Source of the DNA: Octopus vulgaris | Taxonomy: Eukaryota | Direction: 5' to 3' | Assembly (NCBI GenBank): GCA_951406725.2 | Contig: OX597815.1 | Coordinates: forward strand, 10,044,001-10,108,000 | DNA length: 64,000 bases | Shown here: positions 34,433 to 47,597 of the stretch, in pieces | Numbering within the stretch: the first letter of the stretch is position 1 | Layout: every line of letters starts with the position of its first letter | Made by a program: the position numbers and the translations under genes | Notes under the pieces: model-generated | The model's input: only the letters and a program-made list of their open reading frames with translations | The model's database searches: none | What the model was told of the DNA's origin: nothing

Positions 34433-37289
34433 AGAATCTTGTGATTTTGTCGGTTTGGTGAATGTTGGAGGAAAGTCGAAAAAAAAATCACATGCTTTTT
34501 CAAACAAATATTAGAACTGAAAATGAAAGATATGTCAATAGGTAGACAGCCAATGTTTCCCAACTAATATTTCTTTCACTTCATTTTTGGATTTGGTTTG
34601 CAAGATTCTTTGTATGAGTTCGTGTGCTGAAGCATATTCTGTTGTGTCTGGGGAGAGTCATTTTCTTTTTGTGCCTTATAATGAGAGTCAAGACTATTGA
34701 AAAGGTTGCAAGATGCAACGAAAATTTTAGGAAAATAAAAATAAGAAATAAGAGGAAATTTTACTGGTGAGTGTGTTACATTATAAGGCACAAAAAGAAA
34801 ATGACTTTTCCCAGACACAACAGAATTACTTTTACTATTTCACCTGAAATCTCACTAAATTTTAAATAATTGTTTCTTGGGATATGAAGCTTCTCTAGAA
34901 GACATCAAACTATTTAGTGCAGGAGTGATAAGAGAAAGAAAAGCAGTTCACTAGCTGAGAGCAGATACGGTTGCTACAGAAACACAAGAGAGAGTGGAGG
35001 GGAAACAGTACATCAATGTGCTACTGGGGGGTGGTCAGTGGTCTGTTTAGGAGTGAAGCCTTGATAATTAGTTTGAGGGCCTTTTTTATTTTCTGGATGC
35101 TGCCTTTAGCATGTAACAGTAACACCAACTTTGATATATGAACAAAACTGTAGTATGGAACACATTTATTCAGACACGATGCGATGAAAATGATGATGAT
35201 GATGATCATCATCATTTAGCGTCCGCTTTCCATGCTAGCATGGGTTGGACGGTTCAACTGGGGTCTGTGAAGCCAGAAGGCTGCATCAGGCCCAGTCTGA
35301 TTTGGCAGTGTTTCTACGACTGGATGCCCTTCCTAACGCCAACCACTCCGTGAGTGTAGTGGGTGCTTTTTACATGCCACCCACACAGGAGCCAGACGGA
35401 GCTGGCAAACGGCCACGGACGGATGGTGCTTTTTATGTGCCACCGGCACGGGGGCCAGGCAAGGCTGGCAACGGACACGATCGGATGGTGCTTTTTACGT
35501 GCCACCGGCACGGGGGCCAGGCGAGGCTGGCAATGGCCACGGAGAGATGAAATAAACGATAATGCTTAATTTGGGATGAAGTTTACATCTAAATAAAAAA
35601 AAACATCAAAATATGGCTCCTATATAACACGAGATGGTCTGATGGAGAAGACATGTCTAGGGAAATAAACCATTAAATATAGTTACTAACATAAGATATT
35701 TTAAACAGTATTCAAGACCCGTCCACCCCAGCAGAAATGTTAAAGCTGCATCCCCTGGTGAAGATTACTGGCCTGCAAAAGTTCTGTGCCAGGGCCACAT
35801 AAAAGTGCCTTTGCCAGTGCACCCAGCTCACACTGTAAAGTGGTTGGCATTAGGAAGGGCATTCAGCCGTGGAAACCAAGCTAAATCAAACTGGAACCTG
35901 GTGCAGTTCACTGGATAGCCAGCTCTGGTCAAACTGTCCAACCCATGCCAGCATGGAAAATGAAAGTTAAAAGATGATGATGATGAGTAGTAGTAAAAGT
36001 AGTGACGGTCAGGGACGGCTAGAAACAACATAAGATTGTCTGATACTGCACCTTTGCAGAAATACATTCTACACTCTAGAGTACCATTACATCTTCAACA
36101 AAGAACAGTCAGGTGATCATCATTATCATCATCGTTTAACGTCCGCTTTCCATGGGGACTGGCAAACCAGAAGGCTGTACCACACTCCAATCTGATCTGG
36201 CAAGGTTTCTACAGTTAGATGCCCTTCCTAATGCCAACCACTCCGAGAGTGTAGTGAGTGCTTTTTACATGCTAGTCTCAAAGAAAACATGCATTTTGAG
36301 ATGCCATTTGCCCCTGCAAACTACCAAGCCATAAAATAGCAGCAGTGAGCTATTTTCATGTAGCATAAAGTGCCTCGTTAAAAGACACCCTTAATCCAGC
36401 ATTCATTTAACCCTTTAATGTTCAGATTACTCAGTCAAATGTAATGCTTATTTATTCATATTATTTTGAACTAGCAGTATAGCCCGGCGTTGCTCAGGTT
36501 TGTTTTTTAGTTGTGCTTAAAACGGCAGACTTTGATGTCGCGTTAACAAAGTTTTGACATAGTTTCAATCTATGACTAAAAGTATAATGTGGTGATGCTG
36601 GAGTTTGCTCTGAATGTGCTGCAAATGTGTAATGCCGATTTCAGTTGTTGGTATTGTTGGTTAATATTCCTTCTATTAACAATATGGAGAAAACAATTAC
36701 CCGTAGATTCAAAACAGAATGAGGTTCAAGTTTCAAACTGCACTGAAAATCTATTAAGAAGTTAACACTGCAACAGTATTCATAAAGAAAAAGTACACAG
36801 CAGTCAAAAAATCGTAAAAAAAGGGGGATTTTCATAGAGTAAAAAGCACCTTTTTGAAATAAATAATTTTTGGTGTTAACATGGCCCGATTTGAATTTTT
36901 TTCTTCTACGGAATGAAGAGCAAGCCTTCTTCTATCATACTCTCAATTTTGGTCAACTTGGTGCCGTTGGTGCTTTTTACGTGCCACCGGCACAGAAGAG
37001 GTCGAGGCAGTGCTGGTATCGGCCACGTTCGGATGATGCTTTTTACATGCCACCGGCACAGGGATCACAACTACAATTTCCATTTGATATTACAGATAAT
37101 AGTTTAGTGCCTTAACTTCAAAAGTGCTTTTGTCTGTTAGTAAATTAATCAAATTTCAGTGTATGTGTGTGTGTTTAAATGTACACACACACATACATAT
37201 ACAAGTATGTAACAATCGTAGAGAAATAATCACCATCTGAACACTGGTCTCTATGTAAGAAATGTGGTTAACAAAACAAATAAACATAC

Positions 37290-37413
37290 CTCGTTGTTGT
37301 CTTCCATCTGTGGGAAAGCTTTTGAATCAAACAAAAGCTGACGGCCACGCAGGTCACTGTCCAGGTACACAACTAACCGGACTTGCTTCTTGTCAAATTC
37401 AGGTGAAATCCAT
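37290..37413 (-). CDS. FNIP: FNIP1/2-like (folliculin-interacting protein) coding exon, start of the N-terminal longin domain
   Basis: aatctag|exon|gtatgt, 124 nt, phase 2 to 0. Translates WISPEFDKKQVRLVVYLDSDLRGRQLLFDSKAFPQMEDNNE, matching the recalled vertebrate FNIP motif W.xPEFD..QIRLIVYQDC.RRGR..LFDS. Confidence 0.93.
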
Positions 37414-38869
37414 CTAGATTTTAAGAGAAAAAAATATATATAAATAAAAGCAAAAGGATAAATATTTCCATCACTGTAGCAATTTCATATTCTTATATTC
37501 TAGTCTACTGAGAGAAAGGTCAGGTTCCAGAGTGCCATTCTGGATTTACCTGAAGGCTAAACATTGTAAAGTGAGATTAAGTCGATCCCTTACAAGTGTT
37601 TCATGTTCTTATTTCAACCCTAATCAACCCAGTTGAAGCAGGTCTCTGATATTCCCATTCATTATCAAAGTTTAGTGCATTAAAAACTACATTATCCAAT
37701 ATGTCATTCTACTTTAAACATGGTAGATGGTGATACCAAGTGTTCAGATGACTGCTATTTCTAACAGGTCAACTATTGCAAAGGTTGCAAGATGCAACGA
37801 AAATTTTAGGACTATAAAAATAAGAAAAAAGTGGAAATTTTACTGGTGAGTGTGTTAAATAATAAAGCACAAAAAGAAAATGACTCTCCTCAGACAACAG
37901 AATATGCTTCAACACGCAAACTCATATAAAGAATCTTGCAAGCCAAATCCAAAAACGAAATATAACAATAACGAGTTTCCCTCATTGCCTCATTGCTTCA
38001 TATATCGTTGATGGTGTAAAAAAAATCTAGTCATCATGAAGAAGGTATAGTTTGCAAAGGGCAAATAGAGGATCTGATTTTCAAAGGTCAGATTCTGAAG
38101 TTATCTAGCTTGAATAAATAGCAACGTTTTTGTCTCATAAAGACGTAGGAAGGTTAAAAGGAGTGGTTTATAGGACAGATCCCTGCAGCAGCTCCAGAAA
38201 TAACAGACATTTAGATATATTGCAAACATAGGCTTGGGGACCTGAAAGAGATATGGTTTACCAACCATTAGGTGGTTTATTTGCTATTTGTTAAAGTTTT
38301 CGGTATCTTAAATCCACTTAGTGATAAAATAATGAAGGACAACAGGATGTAATAGAGCTTTCTGTTAAGTACAGCCGGGGTATGTTTGTGTGAACCTGCA
38401 CACACACGCATACACAGAAGCACACACCAATCATTTCTCCTTTGATGACATCCACCAGTTTTACTTCCCAACACCCACATTAATTGCTACCCGTAACTCA
38501 TTCTTCCTTGCCATCGCCCATTTTCTGGCTTTCTTACTACTCTCCAACTCTTTTAACTCCTTCCTCTCACCATATTGACATATACCACTGGGCCTCAATT
38601 TCATTACTCTTCCTTTCAGCACAATATCTTCTCCAATCTTAACAGGTGTGTTAAATAATTCTGAGCGCTAGTGGTAACATGTAATCCATCCAGTACAACC
38701 TTATAACAAGATCAGATCATCCGCGAATAAGCCAGAACACCAATCAGACTAGTCTAGTGAGTAGAGTTACTAGAAACCCAACAAGATAACAAGATCTGTC
38801 CAAAGGACAGGTGAGACTAACATAAAGTTAATCACCAGCTAGCAATAGTGTGCAGGGATCCAACCGGAT

Positions 38870-39226
38870 GGAACCTACACTCGCCTCCTTATGAGAGCTC
38901 AAAATCTCTCGTGGAAGCGTCATCCAACCAAAATGCAAATATATGGGAAACTACCACCTGTGTCATCTCTTGTGAAAGGTAGGAGAGTCCAGTTTACTGG
39001 ACATTGTTGTAGAGCTGAAAACGAGGTAATTTCTACTCTTCTCCTCTGGAAGCCATCTGCTCGCGATACCAGAGGGCGCACACTCTCCTACCCTGATGTA
39101 ATCTCCAGGGATACAGGCATCCAGCAACAGGACCTCCGTAATGCCATGATGGACCGTGATGTCTGGCGTAGCATGGTAAATTCCATTGTCTCGACCACGG
39201 TCGAACAATGATGAATGACTGATGAT
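38870..39226 (+). mobile_element. RTE-like LINE ORF C-terminal fragment with a TGA-type tail
   Basis: RRVQFTGHCCRAENEVISTLLLWKP...RGR...MMDRDVWRSMV. Confidence 0.82.
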
Positions 39227-40044
39227 GTGCAGGGATATAGAAATACTTGAAATAGTGAACAAGTCTATCATAAAATCACTTTAGGAGCGATGGACCCCTA
39301 GTTGTTTTTAGAATGTTTGTCTAAGTGAAGGATGCCCTGATGTAAAGCATGAAGATCATTCACATACTGGTCATCCCAACCAATGTTGGGCCCCTGGGAG
39401 GAAAGTTGTTCATCATCATCATCATCGTTTAACATCCGCTTTCCATGCTAGCATGGGTTAGACGGTTCGACTGGGGTCTGGGAAGCAGCCCGAAGGCTGC
39501 TACAGGCCAGTCAGATCTGGCAGTGTTTCTACAGCTGGATGCCCTTCCTAACGCCAACCACTCCGTGAGTGTAGTGGGTGCTTTTTATGTGCCACCGACA
39601 CAGGTGCCAGACGAGGCTGGCGAACGGCCACGCTCGGATGGTGTTTTTTACGTACGGAGGCCAGAGCATGCTTTTTTTACATTTCAATAAATTTCATTTA
39701 CAAGAATTTCTGAGAACCACAAACAAATAACGGACCTCTTAAAAGTGGTTGTTATTGTTGTTGAAGTCAATGTCACACAAACAAACACATCTGTGACAAC
39801 GAAATGCTTCCGCTTCCATAGTTTCCTCGCTCGTGTGAACACATGTTGGGTGCAGCATGGTTAGTAACATTTGCATTTTTCTACTTGTCCATGCAGCTGT
39901 ATCCAGCATTCCACCTCTTCCTCTTCCTCAAGAAGTGAATATATTTGACAGGGGTTCAATTCCACTTTGCAAGTGTGTTTCATTCGGCACATGCCAATTT
40001 TTTGTTTCTCAGTTCCCTGTCCTCTATGCTAAAATACGTAGCCA

Positions 40045-40368
40045 GCGCCGCCCAACTGGCCTCCGTGCCGGTGGCACGTAAAAAGCACCATCCGACCGTG
40101 GCCATTGCCAGCTTCGTCTGGTCCCTGTGCCGGTGGCACGTAAAAAGCACCATGCGATCGTGGCCGTCTGACAGCCCCGTCTGGCACCTGTGCCGGTGGC
40201 ACGTAAAAAGCACCCACTATACTCACGGAGTGGTTGGCGTTAGGAAGGGCATCCAGCTGTAGAAACATTGCCAGATCAAGATTGGAGCCTGGTGCAGCCT
40301 CCTGGCTTCCCAGACCCCGGTCGAACCGTCCAACCCATGCCAGCATGGAAGGCAGACGTTAAATGATG
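40045..40368 (+). mobile_element. Family C repeat with three hairpin units (further plus copies at 9231, 41557, 42553, 44147, 45530, 48903, 61075)
   Basis: GTGCCGGTGGCACGTAAAAAGCACC at about 62-bp spacing, then core and tail. Confidence 0.9.
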
Positions 40369-40404
40369 AGTACTTTCATGAGACAAACAACATTTTGCAA
40401 GAGT

Positions 40405-40912
40405 AAAAATAGACCACCTCTGTTAGTAATGAAGGGCCTCTCCCTCAGAATGGAAGGCAGGTTATATGATGCCAGTGTACGAACGGCTAGGCTACAGGGC
40501 AGTCACACACACACATTAAGATGGCAAGCTGGCAGAATCGTTAGCACGCCGGGCGAAATGCGTAGTCGTATTTCGTCTGCCTTTACGTTCTGAGTTCAAA
40601 TTCTGCTGAGGTCGACTTTGCCTTTCATCCTTTCGGGGTCGATAAATTAAGTACCAGTTACGCACTGGGGTCGATGTAATCGACTTAATCCATTTGTCTG
40701 TCCTTGTTTGTCCTCTCTGTGTTTAGCCCCTTGTGGGTAGTATAGAAATATAGGCTACATGGCAGTGAGACATGGGCTGTGACTACTGAGGATATGCAAA
40801 AGCTTGAAAGACATGAAGCCAGTATGCTCTGCTGGATGGGTCATAATGTCAGTGTACATATGCAACAGAGTGGAAGTGATTTGAGAGAAAAACTGGGTAT
40901 TCGAGGCATCAG
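40405..40912 (+). mobile_element. Degraded RTE ORF fragment interrupted by SINE B (about 40521-40750)
   Basis: GLSLRMEGRLYDASVRTARL / HGSETWAVTTEDMQKLERHEASML; TSD TAGGCTACA(G/T)GGCAGT at 40488-40503 and 40751-40766. Confidence 0.8.
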
Positions 40913-41191
40913 ACAATCGAAGCGAAGCAGCATGACAAAATGTAAGGAAAAATATTCAAAAACAGATTAAAAAATGAATTTAAATGCATCCAGTCATCCA
41001 CTTAATTTTGTTTCCCACATGTTGGACTTACCACACATTTCAAAAATGGCCACACATATAAACAAACAAAACATTGTTTCATCACCACTTGGAGTAAACT
41101 AAACAGGCACTTTCTTTTGTGTATTTTACACATATAATACTGAAGCCATGAAAATAACAAGTTTCCACGTGAATAAATGAATTATATTACA

Positions 41192-41550
41192 CTAGCACTA
41201 TGACCCGGCAACGCGGGGTCATAGTGCTAGTGCATGCATATACAGCTGCATGCGTGCGCACATAGACGCGAGTACTGTCCAAATCTCCGACCAATCACAT
41301 ACAGCTAGCTGGCATTCAATTGGCGTATCAAATTTCGGGCATTTTGATTGGGTTTGGGATAGAAAATTCACAAAAAAGTCACTTCTATTGATCTTTTATT
41401 GGCTTTGCGGGGTGACTGAGGAAATGTAAAGATGTGCACGACCACCCTTTGACGGTTTTGAATGACCATAGAAAGTGCGAGCCCTCTAACTGAAAACTTG
41501 TGGATTTGTATAAAGGACATGCACACGCACACACACAGATAGACATTTTG
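41192..41550 (-). mobile_element. Non-autonomous Helitron with a palindromic 3' end (5' end interrupted by family C)
   Basis: Reverse complement of 58148-58518. Confidence 0.8.
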
Positions 41551-44500
41551 TCGTTTATGGCACATAAAAAGCACCATCCGAACGTGGCCGATGCCAGCGC
41601 CACCTCAACTTGCTTCTGTGCCGGTGGCACATAAAAAGCACCATCCGAACGTGACCGATGCCAGCGCCGCATTGGCTGGCTTCCGTGCCGGTGGCACATT
41701 AAAAGCACCAAACGATCGTGGCCGATGCCAGACTCCCCTGGCACCTGTGCCGGTGGCACGTAAAGAGCACCCACTACACTCACGGAGTGGTTGGCGTTAG
41801 GAAGGGCATCCAGCTGTAGAAACACTGCCAGATCAGATTGGAGCCTGGTGCAGCCTCCTGGCTTCCCAGACCCAGGTCGAACCGTCCAACCCGTGCTAGC
41901 GCAGAAAACGGACATTAAACGACGATGATGATGATGATGATGATGATGATATATAGAGATGTTCTGCAAACAATATTAAATAGATGGCAATGCGGCACAT
42001 TCTCCGACGGTTTTTTGGTAATCAATCCAATCCTGATGACTAACAGCGCCAGGCTGAATCAGGTGTCGGTGACTAATCATGGTTTGATGTGTTTGCGAAG
42101 AGCTTTACTTATACATTATTTTCTTCAATCCTCAGAATAAACAGCAACCCAGAATAATGATTGGAGGAGCTTCATCTACTTAAATATGCAGACTAATGTA
42201 TGCATTGGGTACTTTTTCCCTTTGACTGTAAACAAAAACATTCCTTGCTATCCATCATCTATTTTTGCTTTTTCTTCATCACTCCCCCCTAACCTTTGTC
42301 TGCCCCTGCTCCTGCCAATCCCTCTTGACTTTTACCCTTAAACAATCCTGCCTTTTCCTCACCACACCCTTGCTCCCTTCACCCAATCATTCTGGTTCTT
42401 CTGATGTCATTGCTCTTTCTCTCTCTCTCTCTCTCTCTCTCCTATTCCCCACCTCAGTAGCCTGAGCAAATGTACATACCCTTAGTTATTGTGTACACGC
42501 TACACTTAGACACCTATTCCTTTCACCCACCCATTTCAGGCTTTTCTGCAGTCGATCGTGGCCGTTGCCAGCTTCGCCTGGCACCTGTGCCAGTGGCACG
42601 TAAAAAGCACCCACTACACTCACGGAGTGGTTGGCATTAGGAAGGGCATCCAGCTGTAGAAACACAGCCAGATTAGACTGGAGCCTGGTGCAGCCTCCTG
42701 GCTTCCCAGACCCCGGTCGAACCATTCAAACCATGCTAGCATGGAAAATGGACATTAAACGACGATGATGATGATGATTGATTTCTCTCCTGTTTTTCTC
42801 CTTAATCTTTAGTCAACTTTAGTCTTACATAACTGAATACTCTCCACAAGGCACATGCCCTCTTGTGCAGGTGCTATAACAGAATGCACCCACCCCCATC
42901 ATATTCTTTTTCTACAGTGACTGTTGAACAAGACAACCTCTCTAGTGATTTTAATCTAGCCACATGACAACTAGGAGCCCCAGCCTATGGCGAAGTGGTT
43001 CCCTATAAGAAATGATTCAGACTATGATGACCCCGGCCAACTCATACCAGCATGGAAAGTGGACATAAAATTCACGATAACAAATAGTTGCAGAATGGCT
43101 ACTTGGTTAAGAGGTCCTCTCTGCAATTTCAAGGTTTCAGGTCCAGTCCCAATATGTGACAACTTGGACTAGTGTCTTCTACTTATAGCTTGGCCAAAGT
43201 CTTGTAGGTGCGTTTGCTACATGGAAACTGAAAGAAACTCATCAACTACATGTGTGTTTGAAATATCACTATCATCATCATTTAATGTCAATGCTCCACT
43301 ACAGCATGTACTAGGTGTTTTTTTTTTTTTTCCATAGCAGCAATACTAGGGGGAGGGGGTCACCAAACAGCTTCCAATACTATGAACACTAAGGGGAGTG
43401 ACTCTATGCTGGAAGCAAGGAACTAAAGCATGTGAGAAAGGGCCAGAACAGTACGAGTTTCTTACAGTAGAGGAGCTATAGGACCACTTACGTATTAGAA
43501 GAGAGGCTGGTAGTGATCAGATGGAGCTGGACAGAGATAAAAAAAAAAAGGTGGTAATGCGATGTCTGGACAAATCCTCAAAGTATGAGGTGAATAGAAG
43601 TAAGTGACAACAGAGGAGCCAAGGGTGTTGATGGATGGAGGTTGCAAGGGTGTATGAAGAAATGAGAGATGAGGAAAGACTGAGGGGGGGGGGGGTCAGG
43701 TGACAAGTACAAAGATTGAGCAGGTTTGAAAGAAGAATGTAGTGACTAATAGAAAAGGGGCGGAGTAGATAAATGATGCATGAGTTGGGGGAGGTAGGAT
43801 TGAGCAGGGGACCACTGGCAGAGCAGAAAAATGGGAAAAGCAGCAGAATAGTAATAATGATACAGTAAACAGGGGAAGGATAAGAGAGCTTGGAAAAGTG
43901 ACCATTATGATGATGATGATGATGATTGTGATAATGATATAGGCATGTGTGTATGTGCAGCATGATGCATGCTGTGTATCTGTATGACAGTGTGTATAAA
44001 AAATACATGAATGTATGTTTTTATTGATGATTAGCTTCAGATCAATCCTAGTCAAGGATGCTCTGATCAAAGAGTTAACCATTCATCCTGTATGTGGCTA
44101 TCTAGGACTACATTATCCAATGTAGTCATCCCTCTATTATGCATGTTGCATCCGAGTGTGATCGTTGCCAGAGCAGCCAACTGGCTTCCGTGCCGGTGGC
44201 ACGTAAAAGGGCACCATTCGAGCGTGATCGTTACCAACGTCACCTTACTGGCACCTGTGCCAGTGGCACGTGTAAAAAGATTCGAGCGAGGTCATTGCCA
44301 GTACCGCCTGACTGGCCCCCATGCCGGTGGCACATAAAAAGCACCCACTAAACTCTTGGAGTGGTTGGCGTTAGGAAGGGCATCCAGCTGTAGAAACTCT
44401 GCCAGATCAAGATTGGGGCCTGGAGCAGCCATCTGGTTCGCCAGCCCTCGGTCAAAATCATCCAACCCATGCTAGCATGGAAAGCAGACGTTAAACGACA

Positions 44501-46416
44501 ATGATGATGATGATGATGATGTGTTTATGTATGAGTGTATAAAATAGTGTACAAGAAAGACATCTAAGTGGTTGACATGTGATGTAGAACTGTCTGGATT
44601 TCTAATACAGTTAAGTAACTCATGGACTGGCAGTCTTAATTACAGAAAAGTACTAAGCCAACTTCACAAATATCTGCAGAGTTTTTAATTTGTGGCGTCA
44701 TTTGATGTACCAGACCAGTTGATCATGTGAACTACATGCCGGTCGAGATTTGATCAACCAAATGCTTCAGTATCTGATCACAAGACCAGGTCGACCAGGT
44801 CTTGTGATGGTTAATCATTTTTTCACAATCACACCTCTCCACTACCACTATCAAATTACTTCTGACATGTGACCTTGCCTGGCTGATCATTGCATTGTTT
44901 AACTATTGTAAACTGATAAGTGACACCACCCTTCCAGGAACACATATATATTAATTCACATACACAAACACATAATTAATATACACACAAACACATTGGA
45001 CGATTGTTATAACCAAAATGTTTCTAAATTACACACACACACACACATTAATATCACTATAATTCCTAATTAATACAAATTTGAAACTAAAAAAATGTGA
45101 CATAACTCATGTCACATGTTTAAATTCCATTTTGCTGATTTAAGAATTAAACCTGACAACAGGCTTAAAAGTAGTTACCAGCACTGGACATAAACTAAAA
45201 TAAATATTTATTTTCATGACATCAATACCCAAAGAACTTAATTTTAAGATATTTCAACTACAAGTATCAATGGAGCACTCTTATAATGTTGAATGAAAGA
45301 CAAAGTCACAAAAGAGCAAGAACTAATGAAACAGTCACAAAGGTACATCAAACTCTTTGATACCCACAACCATTCAATATATGACAAGCAAATGATGGAG
45401 CCCTCTATGTACTCACTTAGCATATCAAATATATCAACCAAATTTCCTTTATATTATTCTCAACTATTTTTTCTTTTAATGACATATCGGATAAGGTAGT
45501 TCTCGTAATGATTTATCTAAATATTAAATCAAAATCAAAATCTTTCAACATCAATGGGAATTGTACCTGAGATACCAGTGCCGGTGGCACATAAGAGAAC
45601 CGTCCGAACGTGGCTGTTGCCAGCACCGTCCCAACTAGCCTCCGTGCCGGTGGCACGTAAAAAGTACCATCCGATTGTGGCCGTTGCCAGCCTCGTCTGG
45701 CACCTGTGCAGGCGGCACATAAAAAGCACCCACTACACTCTCGGAGTGGTTGGCGTTAGGAAGGGCATCACGCTGTAGAAACACTGCCAGATCAGACTGG
45801 GCCTGGCGCAGCCTCCTGGCTTCCCAGACCCCAGTTGAACCGTCCAAACCATGTTAGCATGGAAAACGGACATTAAACGATGATGATGATGATGATGATG
45901 ATTAGACAGGGTTATCATGATAAGAATACTTTTGATCAGAGCTGACTTGGGACTAACACCCGTAGACATGTTTACAAAGTCAGAAAACAGCATAGCTCCC
46001 ATCACTTTCGGAAACATTTTTTCACGCTAAGAGTTGCTGAAGCATGAAACAAACTGCCGGCATCAGTTGTTAGTTGTCGGAGCACTGCATCCTTCAAAAC
46101 TTCCATGCTTCCTGAGATTCACCAACACTACACCTGATTTCTCCCCTCCATACACACACAAGCATGTATCTGACTCATACACTGTTCACTTCCCAGACAT
46201 TTGTACATTACTGCATATGCTTTATACACACTTTTTACAAGTTGTGGTGCACCTGAGCACTGTATACAATAATTTCATTATCATTATTATACTCACAACC
46301 ATTTAATATATGACAAGCAAAAGAGGGAGCCTCTATGCACTTACTTCACATATCAAATATATCAACCAAATTTCCTTTACATTATTCTCAACTATTTTTT
46401 CTTTTAATGACATATT

Positions 46417-46851
46417 GTTAGTTAGTTAGTTAATTATTTGGCTCAAAAAGCAAAACGCAAGGCCATGTAGGGGGGCATGGAGTTATGTACAGGATGGTGT
46501 TCATGTAAAGAGTTCAGGCCACTTGAGGTCAAGGGAGACTTTGAACCGAGCGGTCGTCAGCATCTTTACTATCTCGTCCAGCAGCTTATTCCACGGATCC
46601 GCAACCCGGATGGAGAAAGCCCCTCTCCTTTGATTGAGATGAAATCGTCGCAGATAGAGCTTTTCGGAGTGACCCCGCAGCCGACATTCTGGAGCAGGAG
46701 TGAAGAACAGCTCTTTCGAGAGGTTACACCTTCCGCTTATGATTTTGTGAGCAAGAATGAGATCTCCACGGTGTCGTCGTTTTTCTAGAGAATAAAGGTC
46801 GAGCGTCTTCAGCCTTTCTTCATAAGACAAATGCTTGAGACCAAGAACCAT
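46417..46851 (-). mobile_element. CR1-clade LINE 3' fragment with a (TAAC)n tail
   Basis: LSYEERLKTLDLYSLEKRRHRGDLILAHKI...RGHSEKL...WNKL. Confidence 0.92.
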
Positions 46852-47180
46852 TAAGGTAGTTCTTGTAATGATTTATCTAAATGACTTGGGACTAAAACAA
46901 CAACGTTGAAATATATGCTGTACAGGGGCAATGGGGTTCAGGCCCTCCTCCAACACTGGCAAAAGCAAAGCAGTTTGCATACATCTTGAACAACTGCAAA
47001 CTATCACCTGGCTGAAGAGGGGACCCTACAAGGATGATGTGCAAGGAGAGTAGAACTGGAAACGGTGATTATTGGATTGCGTGGGCAACGTAGGCACAGT
47101 ATGGGTAACGAGAAGGGTAGCAGTAAATTATAACAGGTGGGTTTGGTAAAAAAAAAAAAATATATATATATATAGACATA

Positions 47181-47353
47181 TAGACGCAGGAGTGGCTGTG
47201 TGGTAAGTAGCTTGCTAACCAACCACATGGTTCTGGGTTCAGTCCCAATGCATGGCATCTTGGGCAAGTGCCTTCTGCTACAGCCCCGGGCCGACCAATG
47301 CCTTGTGAGTGGATTTGGTAGACAGAAACTGAAAGAAGCCTGTCGTATATATG

Positions 47354-47405
<52 letters not shown>

Positions 47406-47597
47406 TCCCCCTAGCATTGCTTGACAACCGATGCTGGTGTGTTACGTCCCCGCCACTTAATGGTTCAGCAAAAGAGACCGATAGAATAAGTACTGGGCTT
47501 ACAAAGAATAAGTCCCGGGGTCGATTTGCTCGACTAAAGGCGGTGCTCCAGCATGGCCGCAGTCAAATGACTGAAACAAGTAAAAGAGTAAAAGAGT
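47181..47597 (+). mobile_element. SINE family A, full length
   Basis: As other A copies. Confidence 0.92.

Noticed and set aside
40045-40215. CRISPR-like repeat-spacer pattern (palindromic 25-bp repeat at about 62-bp period)
   Set aside because: The spacers are homologous to each other, the array is part of a dispersed eukaryotic retroelement, and there are no cas genes.
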